This document shows, piece after piece, positions 16,998 to 27,916 of a stretch of 64,000 nucleotides of DNA. How positions within the stretch are numbered: position 1 is the first letter of the stretch; each line of letters begins with the position of its first letter. Source of the stretch: Gemmatimonadales bacterium (GTDB lineage Bacteria; Gemmatimonadota; Gemmatimonadetes; Gemmatimonadales; GWC2-71-9); assembly GCA_040901965.1 (NCBI GenBank), contig JBBDYB010000017.1, positions 10,635-74,634 on the forward strand, given 5' to 3'. The position numbers were made by a program, and so were the translations under genes. Under the pieces are notes generated by a model, which saw nothing but the letters and a program-made list of their open reading frames with translations, searched no databases and was not told the origin of the DNA.

Positions 16998-18256
16998 ACG
17001 TCTATTTCCATACGTTCGGTTGCAAGGCGAATCAGTACGACACCGACGTGGTTCGCCAGGCATTCACCGATCGCGGCGCCGTGATCGTGGCCGATCCCTC
17101 CTTCGCCGACCTGGCCGTTATCAACTCCTGCACCGTCACCCACGAGAGTGAAGTCAAGCTGCGCCGCCTGGTGCGGCATGTGTCCCGCGTGGGAACGGCG
17201 GAGACCATCGTGATGGGCTGCGCCGCCGCCCTCGATGACGGTGCGATCGCGGCGCTGCCGTCGGTGCGGGCGGTGGTGGCGAACGCGGAGCCCGGTGCCG
17301 TGCTCCGTGCAGCCGGCGTATCGTCCCCCCTCTCCGCGACGCGGAGAGGGGGACAGGGGGTGAGGTCAGGGGGAACGATGGGGAAACACCGGGCCCTCCT
17401 GAAGATTCAGGACGGCTGCGATGAGCACTGCACGTTCTGCGCGACGACGATCGCGCGCGGAAACAATCGCTCGCGGCCGGTCGAGGAGCTGGTCCGAGAA
17501 GCGCGCGCCACGGGGGAGAACCACGCCGAGATTGTGTTGACCGGTGTGCATATCGGGACGTACGGGCAAGACACGGCGACGGGTGCGTTAACCCCGGGCT
17601 GGCAGCCCGGGGTTAACAACACCCTGGGCAGCCTGCTCACCACTCTGGTTGGGGCGGTCCCCTCCGTCCGTTTCCGTCTCTCCTCTATTGAAGCCACCGA
17701 AGTGGACGACACGCTTGCCCGGCTCCTCATCGAAGCGCCGCGGCACGTCGCCGCGCACCTGCATGCGCCGCTGCAATCAGGGTCGAATCGCGTGCTGAAG
17801 CGAATGGGCCGGCATTGGTACACGGCCGAGTCGTATCGCGCGCGCATCGAGTGGCTCGCCGAGCGGATGCCGATATTCGGCCTCGGCGCCGATGTCATTG
17901 CCGGTTTCCCGGGCGAGACGGATGCAGATCACCACGCCTCGCTCGCGCTGTTACACGACTTGCCTTTCACGTATTTGCATGTCTTTCCCTTCAGCGTTCG
18001 TCCGGACGCGCCTGCCGCGAAGCTGTCGGGGCAGGTCGCCCCCGACGTACTCCGCGAGCGGGCGCGCGCGCTGCGAGAGCTGGGCGAAGCGAAAGCCGCT
18101 GCCTATCGCGCGCGGCGCCGCGGACAGCAGGGCGACGCCGTGGTCTCGGGCCGGCAGGGAGGCCGGGTCGAGGTTGTCACAGAGGATTACCTGTCGGTTT
18201 ATCTTGGTAGCGACCAGTGGGACGGGCGTCCCCGCTTCGAGGTGACGGTGGACTGA
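16994..18256 (+). CDS. mtaB: MtaB-type tRNA methylthiotransferase
   Basis: TFGCKANQYD, NSCTVT, KIQDGCDEHCTFC radical SAM motif. Confidence 0.85.
   Translation: MNVYFHTFGCKANQYDTDVVRQAFTDRGAVIVADPSFADLAVINSCTVTHESEVKLRRLVRHVSRVGTAETIVMGCAAALDDGAIAALPSVRAVVANAEPGAVLRAAGVSSPLSATRRGGQGVRSGGTMGKHRALLKIQDGCDEHCTFCATTIARGNNRSRPVEELVREARATGENHAEIVLTGVHIGTYGQDTATGALTPGWQPGVNNTLGSLLTTLVGAVPSVRFRLSSIEATEVDDTLARLLIEAPRHVAAHLHAPLQSGSNRVLKRMGRHWYTAESYRARIEWLAERMPIFGLGADVIAGFPGETDADHHASLALLHDLPFTYLHVFPFSVRPDAPAAKLSGQVAPDVLRERARALRELGEAKAAAYRARRRGQQGDAVVSGRQGGRVEVVTEDYLSVYLGSDQWDGRPRFEVTVD
17326..17365. repeat. REP-like palindrome inside mtaB
   Basis: CCCCCTCTCCGCG-a-CGCGGAGAGGGGG followed by GGGGGTGAGG tail. 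Confidence 0.75.
17587..17617. repeat. Second palindrome inside mtaB
   Basis: GTTAACCCCGGGCTG-g-CAGCCCGGGGTTAAC, perfect 15-bp arms. Confidence 0.8.
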
Positions 18257-19602
18257 TGCCACGCGTGTACATCGAGACCTACGGCTGCCAGATGAACGTC
18301 TCGGACTCCGAGCTGATGTTCGGGGTGTTGGCGCGTGAGGGATACGTGCGCACCGAGGATCCGGCCGACGCCGACGTGTTGCTCGTGAACACGTGCGCCG
18401 TGCGCGAGCACGCGGAGCAACGCGTGCTGGGCCGGATGGGCGAGCTCAAGCGCTACAAGCGGCCAGGGGGGGGAGCCGGGGGAGCCGTGCTGGGCGTGGT
18501 CGGCTGCATGGCGCAGCGGCTCGGCCCCAAGCTGCTCGAGCGCGTCCCGCAAGTGGATCTCGTGATTGGGCCCGACGGCTACCGCGGCCTCCCCGAATTG
18601 ATCGCCCGTGCCAGGGACGGCGAGCGCGCCGCCGAGGTCGCGTTCAAGAGCTGGGAGCACTACGAAGACGTGCCGCCGGTGCGCGGCGACCAGGCATCGG
18701 GGGGCGCGTTCGTGACGGTGCAGCGCGGCTGCGATTATCGGTGCACGTTCTGCATCGTTCCGATGACGCGTGGCCCGGAACGGAGCCGCAAGTTGAGCGA
18801 CGTAGTGCATGAGGTGACTCGCCTCGCCGCCCTAAGCACCACCGAGGTCACGCTCCTTGGCCAGACGGTCAACAGCTATCACGACGGCGAGCACGACTTC
18901 GCCGACTTGCTCCGCGCCGTGGGCACGGTCCCGGGGATCCGGCGCGTCCGGTTCACGTCGCCGTACCCCACGGACTTCACCGCTCGCGTGCTGGCGGCCA
19001 TGGCCGAAACGCCCACCGTGTGCGAGCACGTGCACCTGCCGGTGCAGAGCGGCAGCTCGCGCACGCTCAAGCGGATGCTGCGACGTTACGACCGCGAGCG
19101 GTATCTCGAGGTCGTGCAATCCCTCCGGGACGCCGTTCCCGGGATCGCGCTGTCGACCGACATCATCGTCGGATTTCCCGGCGAGACCGAGGACGAGTTC
19201 GCCGAGACGCTGTCGCTCGTTGAGGCAGTCGGCTTCGACGACGCCTACACGTTCAAGTACTCGGTGCGGGAAGGCACGCCGGCGGTACGCATCAAGGACC
19301 ACGTGGCCGAAGCGGTCAAGACCGAGCGGATCGGGCGGCTCATCGCGCTCGTGCGCCGCGTGGCGAAGCGCAAGAACATCGCCCTCGTCGGCACGACCCA
19401 CGAAGTGCTGGTCGAAGGGCAGGCCAAGCGCGGCGGGCTGCTTCAGACCCGCACCCGCACCAACAAGATCGCGCTCCTCGAGGGTCCGACCGAGTGGATC
19501 GGGTCGTACCGCCATGTACGGCTCACGGGCACGACGGGGTCTACGTTCACCGCGTGGCCCCTCGATCAGCCGACACGGGAGCTCGCCAGCACGTGGGCGT
19601 GA
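18256..19602 (+). CDS. miaB: tRNA methylthiotransferase MiaB
   Basis: TYGCQMNVSDSE, NTCAVRE, GCDYRCTFC, LLGQTVNSY, TRAM domain. Confidence 0.95.
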   Translation: MPRVYIETYGCQMNVSDSELMFGVLAREGYVRTEDPADADVLLVNTCAVREHAEQRVLGRMGELKRYKRPGGGAGGAVLGVVGCMAQRLGPKLLERVPQVDLVIGPDGYRGLPELIARARDGERAAEVAFKSWEHYEDVPPVRGDQASGGAFVTVQRGCDYRCTFCIVPMTRGPERSRKLSDVVHEVTRLAALSTTEVTLLGQTVNSYHDGEHDFADLLRAVGTVPGIRRVRFTSPYPTDFTARVLAAMAETPTVCEHVHLPVQSGSSRTLKRMLRRYDRERYLEVVQSLRDAVPGIALSTDIIVGFPGETEDEFAETLSLVEAVGFDDAYTFKYSVREGTPAVRIKDHVAEAVKTERIGRLIALVRRVAKRKNIALVGTTHEVLVEGQAKRGGLLQTRTRTNKIALLEGPTEWIGSYRHVRLTGTTGSTFTAWPLDQPTRELASTWA

Positions 19603-19877
19603 CCAACGTGACGTCCGAGGTTGTGCACCGCGAGTACCAAGGCCTGCGGGACAGACTTCCCAAGTTTTGCGGGTGCGACACCTGCCACGGCGACGTGATC
19701 GTGTACGCCCTCAATCGCCTCTCGCCGCATTATGTCTCCACCCGCCAGGGGGAGATCCTCACCGGGCTGTCGCTCGCCACCGATCAGGAAAAGGCGAAGC
19801 TCGACGTCGCGCTGCTCGAAGGGTTCCGCAAGGTCGCCATGGCCCCCCGCTGCGGAGCGAAGCCCGTCCAGCTGTAA
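19599..19877 (+). CDS. ComFB family protein
   Basis: CGCDTCxxDVxxYALNRLSPHYV signature and C-terminal V..APRC; GTGA overlap with miaB. Confidence 0.8.
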   Translation: MTNVTSEVVHREYQGLRDRLPKFCGCDTCHGDVIVYALNRLSPHYVSTRQGEILTGLSLATDQEKAKLDVALLEGFRKVAMAPRCGAKPVQL

Positions 19878-19891
19878 CGTGAGGCGGGCAG

Positions 19892-22099
19892 GTGCGCCCG
19901 CCGATTCTCTGGATCACGATAGCGTTCGGCGCCGGGCTGTTTGCGGCGTTGAATCCGTACGCCGTGCGCAGTGCGCCGTACGCCGGACTGCCGGTGCTCC
20001 TTGGCGCCGTGGTGCTACGGCGTCGCGCACCGCTCGGCGCAGCATGCGGCGTGATGCTCGTGGCGGGCGGATGGTGGGGGGCGAGCGCGGTCCGTGAACG
20101 CAACGCGACGTGCGCTGGGCGATGGAGCAGGGAGCAGGGAGCGGGGAGCGGTAAGGCCGCAATCGTGCGCCTCCTCGATCCTGTGGCCGCACGCGGCGGT
20201 CTTGTGGAGGGTGACGTTGAAGGGGGATGCGGCGGCCCGCTCACAATCCGCTGGCCCCAGGGGTACGCGGCTCGCGGCGGCACGACCTGGGTGGTCGCCG
20301 GACGCTTCCTTGGCGACGCGCGGCGAGGCGTGCTCGTTGCCCGCCGTCTGCGGCAGCTCGATCCCGAGCCGCGAGGGCGCGGCGCGCTGCGGGACCGCGT
20401 CGCCGAACGGAGCCGGCAGTTGTTCGGCGCGCGCGCGCCGCTCGTGGATGCGCTCGTCATCGCGCGCCGCGCCGAGCTCGACGCCGAGCTGCGCGAGCGC
20501 TATACGCGCTCCGGGCTCGCGCATCTGCTCTCCATCTCCGGGCTGCACGTCGGCTTCTTCGCGGTCTGGCTCGGGGCACTGCTGGGACGCTTGCACCTGT
20601 CCGCTGGGCGGCGCTGCGCCGTTTCTACCGCGGTGATGCTCACGTACGTCTGGCTGCTCGGCTTCCCGGCACCCGCGACCCGGTCGGCCGCGATGCTGGC
20701 GCTGCTCGACGTCGCCAAGCTGCGCCAGCGCGTGGTCGCGCCGCGCGGGCTGGTTTCGTTTGCGGCGCTGCTGGTGATGCTGGCCGATCCGTGGGCCGTG
20801 CAGTCGATCGGCGCCTGGCTGTCGGTCACTGCCGTCGCGGCGGTGATCTGGGCGGGCCGAGCGACGGAGCGCAGCCCCAAGGCGGTGCGCCTGCTCGCGC
20901 CCGCGGCGGCCGCGACACTGGTCACCGCCCCGATCACGGCCTACGCCTTCGGCACCGTGGCGCCCATCGGCGTGATCGCGAACGTGGTGGCGATTCCGCT
21001 GGCGGGACTCGCGGTGCCGGGCCTGATGGTCGCGCTGCTGCTCTCGTCGAGCCTGCTCGCCGCCGGATCGGGCCTCTGCCTTGCGCTGCTCGATCTCGTG
21101 GCCCGCGGCGCGGCGGCGCTCCCCGGCGGCCATGTCATCATGATCGCCGGTTGGCCCGCAGCGGCTCTCTGGACCGGCGTGCTCGTCCTCGCATGGTGGT
21201 TGTGGAACACGCCGCGCCGCCGGTGGGTGATCGCGGCCCGGCTTGCCTTCATCGGCGCTATCCTTTCATGGACGGCGTCTTTCGCCGCCTTTCGCCGCCT
21301 TTCTGAGTGCCGTTGTTTAACCGTACATTTCCTGGACGTCGGCCAGGGCGATGCCGTCGCGTTACGGAGTCCCGCGGGCCGCTGGATTCTGGTGGACGGC
21401 GGGTCGCGTGGTCCGCAGGGCGACGCCGGCCGCCGCGTCGTGGTGCCGTTTCTTCGGCGGCACGGCGCCAGACAGCTCACCGCGATCGTGGCGACGCATG
21501 CGCACGCGGATCATTTCGGCGGCCTGCCCGCCGTGCTCGATGCGTTCGATCCGGTGTTCGTCCTGGAGCCCGGGGCGCCGGTGCCCGATGCGGGTTATCT
21601 CGGGTTCCTGGGGGCGGTGGAGAGCGACGGAGCAGAGTGGCGGCCCGCGCGGCGGGGCGACCGCCTCGAGCTGGATGGCGTAACGGTCGACGTTCTCAGT
21701 CCCGACTCGGCGTGGGCGGCGGGGCAGGTAGACATCAACGAGCAGTCAGTGGTGCTGCTCGTGACGTACGGCCCGACGCGGCTGCTCCTCACGGGCGATG
21801 CGGGATCGCCGACCGAGGCCCACCTGGCCGGCCGGGTCGGGCGGGTGACGCTGCTCAAAGTGGGGCATCACGGCTCGCGCACCGCCACCTCGGACCGCTG
21901 GCTCGCCGAGCTGCGGCCCGAGAGTGCCGTGATCAGTGTGGGCGCGAAGAACCGCTACGGCCATCCTGCACCCGAAGTGCTCGAGCGACTTCGGGCGCAT
22001 GGGATCGCGGTGCTCCGCACCGACGAGCGCGGCACGATCACCTTCACCTTTGGTATCGAGGGCACGCGTGCATACACCGACGTCGGTCATCACGATTGA
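19892..22099 (+). CDS. comEC: DNA uptake protein ComEC/Rec2
   Basis: [12 protein letters not shown] helices, [23 protein letters not shown]. Confidence 0.95.
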   Translation: MRPPILWITIAFGAGLFAALNPYAVRSAPYAGLPVLLGAVVLRRRAPLGAACGVMLVAGGWWGASAVRERNATCAGRWSREQGAGSGKAAIVRLLDPVAARGGLVEGDVEGGCGGPLTIRWPQGYAARGGTTWVVAGRFLGDARRGVLVARRLRQLDPEPRGRGALRDRVAERSRQLFGARAPLVDALVIARRAELDAELRERYTRSGLAHLLSISGLHVGFFAVWLGALLGRLHLSAGRRCAVSTAVMLTYVWLLGFPAPATRSAAMLALLDVAKLRQRVVAPRGLVSFAALLVMLADPWAVQSIGAWLSVTAVAAVIWAGRATERSPKAVRLLAPAAAATLVTAPITAYAFGTVAPIGVIANVVAIPLAGLAVPGLMVALLLSSSLLAAGSGLCLALLDLVARGAAALPGGHVIMIAGWPAAALWTGVLVLAWWLWNTPRRRWVIAARLAFIGAILSWTASFAAFRRLSECRCLTVHFLDVGQGDAVALRSPAGRWILVDGGSRGPQGDAGRRVVVPFLRRHGARQLTAIVATHAHADHFGGLPAVLDAFDPVFVLEPGAPVPDAGYLGFLGAVESDGAEWRPARRGDRLELDGVTVDVLSPDSAWAAGQVDINEQSVVLLVTYGPTRLLLTGDAGSPTEAHLAGRVGRVTLLKVGHHGSRTATSDRWLAELRPESAVISVGAKNRYGHPAPEVLERLRAHGIAVLRTDERGTITFTFGIEGTRAYTDVGHHD

Positions 22100-23084
22100 G
22101 CGGTTCATCATGGAGCAGGAGCGGCTCTACCCGGAAGCCACGGGCGAGCTGTCGAACTTGCTCTATGATCTCTGCCTTGCTGCCAAAATCATCTCGCGCC
22201 AGGTGCGCCGCGCCGGCCTCAGCGACATCCTCGGCGAACAGGGGACGATCAACGTCCAGGGCGAGCTGCAGCAAAAGCTCGACGTGTTCGCCAACGAGAC
22301 GGTGCGTCACAGCGTTCAGCACACCGGCCGCGTGTGCGTCATGGCGTCCGAGGAGGACCCCGAGCCGGTTCCGGTGCCGATCCGCGAGGACCGCCGCGGC
22401 GGCAAGTACGTGCTGTTGTACGATCCCCTCGACGGCTCGATGAACATCGACGTCAACGTCTCGATCGGGACGATCTTTTCGATTCATCGCCGCACCGTCA
22501 CCAAGAAGGGCCCCGGGACGCTCGCCGACTGCCTCCAGAAGGGACGCGCGCAGATCGCGGCCGGCTACATCCTGTATGGGTCGAGCACGATGCTCGTGTA
22601 TACCACGGGCAAGGGCGTGCACGGCTTCACGCTCGATCCCACGATCGGCGAGTTCCTGCTGTCGCATCCTGACATCCGCTCGCCTGAGGTGGGGAAGTAT
22701 TACAGCGTGAACGAGAGCCACTGGAACAAGTGGACCCCGGGGATCCAGCGCGTGGTGGGCGCATTCAAGAACGGTGACGGCGGCAGGGTGGAGGCAAAGA
22801 ACGCGCGCTACATCGGCTCGCTCGTCGCCGACTTTCACCGCAACCTGATGTCGGGCGGGGTCTTCCTCTATCCCGCCGACACCGGGTCGCCGGACGGCAA
22901 GCTGCGGCTGCTGTACGAGGCGGCGCCGCTGGCGTTCGTGATCGAGCAGGCGGGCGGCGCGGCGATCGACGGCCAGCGCAACATCCTCGACATCAAGCCC
23001 GCGACGCTGCACCAGCGTACGCCCCTCATCATCGGCAGCAAGCAGGACGTGGCGTTCGCGCAGTCGGTGCTCTCGGAGAAATGA
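22068..23084 (+). CDS. fbp: Class 1 fructose-1,6-bisphosphatase
   Basis: [37 protein letters not shown]. Confidence 0.95.
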   Translation: MHTPTSVITIERFIMEQERLYPEATGELSNLLYDLCLAAKIISRQVRRAGLSDILGEQGTINVQGELQQKLDVFANETVRHSVQHTGRVCVMASEEDPEPVPVPIREDRRGGKYVLLYDPLDGSMNIDVNVSIGTIFSIHRRTVTKKGPGTLADCLQKGRAQIAAGYILYGSSTMLVYTTGKGVHGFTLDPTIGEFLLSHPDIRSPEVGKYYSVNESHWNKWTPGIQRVVGAFKNGDGGRVEAKNARYIGSLVADFHRNLMSGGVFLYPADTGSPDGKLRLLYEAAPLAFVIEQAGGAAIDGQRNILDIKPATLHQRTPLIIGSKQDVAFAQSVLSEK

Positions 23085-24628
23085 CGGCCGAGCGGTCGTA
23101 CTACGGGCCCGAGGACTGGCGGGGCGATCCCGCCACGGATCTCGGCGCGCCGGGCGAAGCGCCGTTCACGCGCGGTGTCCACCCCACGATGTACCGCGGC
23201 AAGCTGTGGACGATGCGCCAGTACGCCGGATTCGGGACCGCCGAAGAGACGAACGCCCGCTTCCGGCATCTCCTCGACGCCGGCCAGACCGGCCTGTCGG
23301 TGGCCTTCGATCTCCCCACCCAGATGGGCTACGGCTCGGATCACGGCATGGCGGAGGGGGAAGTGGGGCGCGCGGGGGTGGCAATCGACAGTATCGAGGA
23401 CCTCGAGCGGCTGTTCCACGGGATTCCGCTCGACAAGGTGTCCACGTCCATGACGATCAACGCCACGGCCGCGATCCTTCTCGCGATGTACATCGCCGTG
23501 GGCGAAGAGCAGGACGTGCCGCTGACCAAGCTGCAGGGCACGCTCCAGAACGACATTCTCAAGGAGTACATCGCCCGCGGCACGTATATCTATCCGCCCG
23601 AGCCGTCGCTGCGCCTCGTGGCCGATATCTTCCGCTTCACGTCCGCGGCCAGGATGAGCTTCAATCCGATCTCGATCTCCGGCTATCACATGCGCGAGGC
23701 GGGCGCGACCGCCGTGCAGGAGGTGGCGTTCACGTTTGCCAATGCGCTGGAGTATGTGCGCGGTGCGCGGTCCGCAGGGCTCGCAGTGAACGATTTTGCG
23801 CCGCGCCTATCCTTCTTTTTCGCGGCGTATACTGATCTCTTCGAGGAGATAGCCAAGTTCCGCGCGGCGCGGCGGCTGTGGGCCCGGCTCATGAAAGAGA
23901 AGTTCAACGCCGGCGACGCCGCCGCGCGGCTGCGGTTTCACACCCAGACGGGGGGCGCCACGCTGACGGCGCAACAGCCGCTCAACAACGTCGTGCGGGT
24001 GGCGATCCAGGCGATGGCGGCCGTGCTCGGCGGCACCCAATCGCTCCACACCAACTCGTTCGACGAAGCGCTGGCGCTCCCCACCGAGCGGAGCGCGACG
24101 CTGGCGCTCCGGACCCAGCAGCTGCTGGCTCATGAGACCGGCGTCCCGGACGTGGTGGATCCCCTCGGCGGGAGCTGGTACCTCGAGACGCTGACGGACA
24201 AGATCGAGAAAGAGGCCCGAAAGGTCGTGGAGGAGGTGGAGGAGCGTGGAGGGGCGGTCAAGGCGATCGAGCGCGGGTTCTTCCAGGAAGCGATCGCCCG
24301 CAGCGCCTACGAGCAGCAGCGCGAGGTCGAGGCCCGGCAGCAGATCGTCGTTGGGGTGAACGAGTACGTCACAGGCGAGCCCGTGCCCCCAATTCCCGCC
24401 CCGGACTACACCAAGCTGGCCGAGGCCCAGCGAAAGCGCGTCACCGCGCTGCGGAAGCGGCGAAAAGCCGCGAGCGTAAAGCGAACGCTGGGAGCGCTGG
24501 AGGCTGCGGCGCGGGCGCCCGCGGCGCCGCTGATGGAGCCGATTCTCGAGGCCGTGCGTGCGCGCGCGACGCTCGGTGAGATCAGCGACGTGTTGCGGGC
24601 CGCTTGGGGGACGTACCAGCCGAAATAG
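23081..24628 (+). CDS. Methylmalonyl-CoA mutase catalytic subunit (no B12-binding domain)
   Basis: [44 protein letters not shown]. Confidence 0.92.
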   Translation: MTAERSYYGPEDWRGDPATDLGAPGEAPFTRGVHPTMYRGKLWTMRQYAGFGTAEETNARFRHLLDAGQTGLSVAFDLPTQMGYGSDHGMAEGEVGRAGVAIDSIEDLERLFHGIPLDKVSTSMTINATAAILLAMYIAVGEEQDVPLTKLQGTLQNDILKEYIARGTYIYPPEPSLRLVADIFRFTSAARMSFNPISISGYHMREAGATAVQEVAFTFANALEYVRGARSAGLAVNDFAPRLSFFFAAYTDLFEEIAKFRAARRLWARLMKEKFNAGDAAARLRFHTQTGGATLTAQQPLNNVVRVAIQAMAAVLGGTQSLHTNSFDEALALPTERSATLALRTQQLLAHETGVPDVVDPLGGSWYLETLTDKIEKEARKVVEEVEERGGAVKAIERGFFQEAIARSAYEQQREVEARQQIVVGVNEYVTGEPVPPIPAPDYTKLAEAQRKRVTALRKRRKAASVKRTLGALEAAARAPAAPLMEPILEAVRARATLGEISDVLRAAWGTYQPK

Positions 24629-24681
24629 ACGGGCGGACGGCTGACGGGCGGCAAAAAACTAGTCAGCCCGTCAGCCCGTCC
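24628..24681. repeat. GACGG-octamer repeats in inverted arrangement between convergent genes
   Basis: gacgggcg gacggct gacgggcg ... gtcagcccgtcagcccgtcc. Confidence 0.6.
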
Positions 24682-26119
24682 ATATCAGCACCGCCACTGT
24701 GATCACGACCGCCGCCGCGATGTCCATCCACACGCCCGCCCGCGCCATCTCGCCGCTCGTTACCGCGCCCGTCCCATAAGCCAACGCGTTGGGCGGCGTC
24801 CCCACCGGCAGCATGAAGCCGAGGGCCGAGCCGAGTGCCGCGGTCGCCATCAAGGGGAGGGGTGACATGGCGACGGCCGGGGCGAGTGCCGCCATGATCG
24901 GCATCGCCATCGCCGCCGTGGCGGTGTTAGACGTCAGCTCCGTCAGCAGGACGAACAGTAGCGCGACGGCGCCGATCACGAGGACTGGCGGCGCGCCGCG
25001 CAGCCCCTCGAGCTGGCGGCCGATCCATTCCGAAAGCCCGCTCGCGCCGAATGCCTCCGCCAGGGCCAATCCGCCGCCGAACAACACGAGCACACCCCAG
25101 GGAATCCGCTCGGCGGATTCCCAGTCGAGCGTGAAGCGCCGCTCGCGGATCGCGACCGGGCAGACAAACAGCACCACGGCGGCGCCGATGGCGATGCCGG
25201 CGTCGGAAAGGCCGGGCAATAGCTGCGCCAAACCGGGGAGACTGACGGCACCGAGCGTTTTGGGCTCGCGGAAGACCCAGCTCAGGGCGGCGAGCGCCAG
25301 CACGGCCACGGTGATTCGCTGCCCCGCCGTCCACGGCCCGAGGCCGGCGCGTTCGCGCGCGACGAGATCGCGGACGCCCGGCAGCGAGCCGCGCAACGGG
25401 AACAGCACGCGCACGAGCAGCAGCCAGCACGTGATCAGGAGTACCGCGGCGATGGGGAGGCCAATCGCCATCCATTCGGCGAAGCCGACGGGCCGCCCCT
25501 GCACTCTGCCGGCTGCGGCTGCGAAGATGGCCATCGGCGGCGTGCCGATGAGTGTCGCCACGCCGCCGATGGATGCGCTGTACGCGACGCCGAGCGTCAA
25601 GGCACGGCCGAGCGGCGCCGAGTCCTGCGGGGCTTCGCGGCGGGCGAGCGCGAGGACCGCGCTCGCGAGCGGCAGCATCATCACGGCGGCGGCCGTGTTG
25701 GAGATCCACATGCTGACGAAGCCGGTCGCCAGCATCAGGGCCAGCACGAGGCGGGGCGGGTCGGTGCCCACGGCGCCGATGACGGCCAGGGCGAGGCGGC
25801 GGTGCAGCTGCCAACGCTCAGTCGCGGCGGCGAGAAAGAAGCCGCCGAGGAAGAGGAAAATAATCGGGTCGGCGTAGGGGCGGGCCGTCTGCTCGATGCG
25901 GAGCGGCGTGATCAGCGGCAGCAACGCCAGCGGCAGCAGCGCGGTGACGGCGAGCGGCAGGACCGCGGTAAGCCACCAGACGGCCATCCAGGCGGCGAGT
26001 CCCGCCACCGCGTGGGCAGCAGGTGGCATGCCGGCAGGGGCGGGCAGCAGCCACAGGAGTCCCGCGACCGCCGGACCGACGAGAACAGGGGCCCAGGTGC
26101 GCACAGACGCGAAACGCAT
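24671..26119 (-). CDS. SLC13/DASS family di/tricarboxylate or sulfate transporter
   Basis: SMWISNTA, GTPP, TELTSNTA, PVGTPPNA; many TM helices. Confidence 0.93.
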   Translation of the reverse strand: MRFASVRTWAPVLVGPAVAGLLWLLPAPAGMPPAAHAVAGLAAWMAVWWLTAVLPLAVTALLPLALLPLITPLRIEQTARPYADPIIFLFLGGFFLAAATERWQLHRRLALAVIGAVGTDPPRLVLALMLATGFVSMWISNTAAAVMMLPLASAVLALARREAPQDSAPLGRALTLGVAYSASIGGVATLIGTPPMAIFAAAAGRVQGRPVGFAEWMAIGLPIAAVLLITCWLLLVRVLFPLRGSLPGVRDLVARERAGLGPWTAGQRITVAVLALAALSWVFREPKTLGAVSLPGLAQLLPGLSDAGIAIGAAVVLFVCPVAIRERRFTLDWESAERIPWGVLVLFGGGLALAEAFGASGLSEWIGRQLEGLRGAPPVLVIGAVALLFVLLTELTSNTATAAMAMPIMAALAPAVAMSPLPLMATAALGSALGFMLPVGTPPNALAYGTGAVTSGEMARAGVWMDIAAAVVITVAVLIWTG

Positions 26120-26167
26120 CGGGGCGAGAAGATACCGCGTTCCTCGCTGGTGTGCCTATGTTTGGGA

Positions 26168-26560
26168 ATGATCCGTGTCGTCCGTCTCGGCACGCTACGC
26201 GCGCCGGCCGAGGGGCTGCGTCTCGGCACCGTGCGGCGGCCGCCGCGCGGGGTGCGCAAGGCCGACTATGCCCGACGCGACTATTTCGATGTGTGGCTGC
26301 CGGAGCTCGCGCCGAGCGCCGCATTGTTCTCTTGGGTGCGTTCCCGGCCGCTGACGGATGCGCGCTGGCGCACGTATGCTCGCCGCTACCGCGCCGAGAT
26401 GCAGCGCCCGGCGCCGCAGCGCCTGCTGGGCCTGCTCGCTGGGCTCTCGTCGCGCGCGGACTTCTCGGTGGGGTGCTATTGCGAGGACGAATCGCGGTGC
26501 CATCGGTCATTGCTGCAGGAGCTGCTCGTCGAAGCGGGGGCGACGGTTGAGAGGCGTTAG
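26168..26560 (+). CDS. DUF488 family protein
   Basis: VRRPPRGVRK, WLPELAPS, YRAEM, CYCEDE.RCHRS. Confidence 0.85.
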   Translation: MIRVVRLGTLRAPAEGLRLGTVRRPPRGVRKADYARRDYFDVWLPELAPSAALFSWVRSRPLTDARWRTYARRYRAEMQRPAPQRLLGLLAGLSSRADFSVGCYCEDESRCHRSLLQELLVEAGATVERR

Positions 26561-26643
26561 GGTGGGTGGTTGCGGCCGGGTGGGCCGAAGCGATCGCCGC
26601 ACTACTGGGCGATTGCCACGGCCATGGTTTTGGGCCTCCTGAC

Positions 26644-27267
26644 ATGATTCCCGCCGCGGAGGCGCTGGAACGCTTGCGAGACGGGAACCGTCGCTTCGTC
26701 TCCGACGTCCGGAGCCGCGATTCCATCGCCAGCCAGGCGCGCCGCAGCGCGTTGACCGCCGGCCAAGAACCGTTTGCCATCATCCTCGGATGCGCCGATT
26801 CGCGCGTGCCGGCAGAGATCGTCTTCGACCAGGGCCTCGGCGACCTCTTTGTTATCCGTGTCGCGGGGAACATCGTTGCGCCGTCGCAAATCGGCAGCGT
26901 CGAGTTCGCGGCGGAGCGGTACGGTACACGGCTGGTCGTGGTCCTTGGCCACTCCCGCTGCGGGGTGGTGCTCGCCACCCTCGACGAGCTGCGGCGCCCC
27001 ACGGAAAGCCAATCGCGCAATCTGCGCTCGATCGTCGACCGGGTGCGGCCGTCCGTGGAAGCGCTGCTCGCGACGCAACGCAATCACGACCCCGAGACTC
27101 TGGTGCGGGATGCGGTGCGGGCCAATGTCCGCGCCTCCGCGAGCCAGCTGCGACACGGCTCCGAAGTTCTGGAGCAGCTCATCCTGAGCCAGGGTCTCGT
27201 CGTCGTAGGGGCCGAGTACTCGTTAGAGACCGGAATCGTTGACTTTTTCGACAGCGTACATGGCTAG
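26644..27267 (+). CDS. Beta-class carbonic anhydrase
   Basis: GNRRF, GCADSRV, VIRVAGN, GHSRCG. Confidence 0.93.
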   Translation: MIPAAEALERLRDGNRRFVSDVRSRDSIASQARRSALTAGQEPFAIILGCADSRVPAEIVFDQGLGDLFVIRVAGNIVAPSQIGSVEFAAERYGTRLVVVLGHSRCGVVLATLDELRRPTESQSRNLRSIVDRVRPSVEALLATQRNHDPETLVRDAVRANVRASASQLRHGSEVLEQLILSQGLVVVGAEYSLETGIVDFFDSVHG

Positions 27268-27270
27268 CCG

Positions 27271-27366
27271 ATGACGGCGCGCGAGTTCCGCAGCATCGCC
27301 TTGAGCCTGCCCCAGGCGATCGCCTGGGGTAACCGGGCTCCGAAGCGCCTTGCGGCGCAGCTGTAG
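27271..27366 (+). pseudogene. Internally deleted MmcQ/YjbR-family remnant (31 aa)
   Basis: MTAREFRSIALSLPQAI joined directly to AWGNRAPKRLAAQL. Confidence 0.6.
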
Positions 27367-27387
27367 CCAAACGTCCTAGGAGGCCTC

Positions 27388-27795
27388 GTGTCCGCCATTC
27401 CGTTCGAGCTTATTGTCGGTATCGGGATCGGGCTCATCGTGGCGTGGCTGTATTCCCTGGTGTGGAAAGGGCGCTACACCGCCGCGATCCGCCAGGATGC
27501 GGTGCAGCGCAGCCTGGCCGTCACGGCGGGGAAGGTCCACGAGCAGCTGATCCCGTATCTCCCGGAGTTCGGGTATAACCCCAAGGACGCGCGCTTTCTT
27601 GGGAGCCCGGTGGATCTGGTCGTGTTTGACGGCCTCGCAGAGGGCCAGGTGCGCCGGGTCGTCTTTCTCGAGGTCAAGACGGGCGGCGCGCCGTTGACCA
27701 GCCGGGAGCGGCAGCTGCGCGATGTCGTCGAGGCTCGTGAAGTGGCGTGGGCCGAGCTCCGCGTCGCCAGACTATCCGCGGATGGTGGCGCATGA
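27388..27795 (+). CDS. Membrane-anchored Holliday-junction-resolvase-like PD-(D/E)xK nuclease
   Basis: N-terminal TM; GKVHEQLIPYLP.F..NP.DARFLGSPVD.VVFDG, FLEVKTG. Confidence 0.85.
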   Translation: MSAIPFELIVGIGIGLIVAWLYSLVWKGRYTAAIRQDAVQRSLAVTAGKVHEQLIPYLPEFGYNPKDARFLGSPVDLVVFDGLAEGQVRRVVFLEVKTGGAPLTSRERQLRDVVEAREVAWAELRVARLSADGGA

Positions 27796-27916
27796 CACAG
27801 GGAGCGCGTCATAGACGGCGGCCGACCGCCCCCCCCTGATCCCGTAGCACCATAATCACTGAGCCGCCGGCGCACGCTGGTGCATGCGCGGCGGCAACAG
27901 GAATCGGGCGCAGCAG

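Noticed and set aside
26556-26562. GTTAGGG at the DUF488 stop as a possible cassette core
   Set aside because: Does not fit GTTRRRY and has no upstream RYYYAAC or attC arms.
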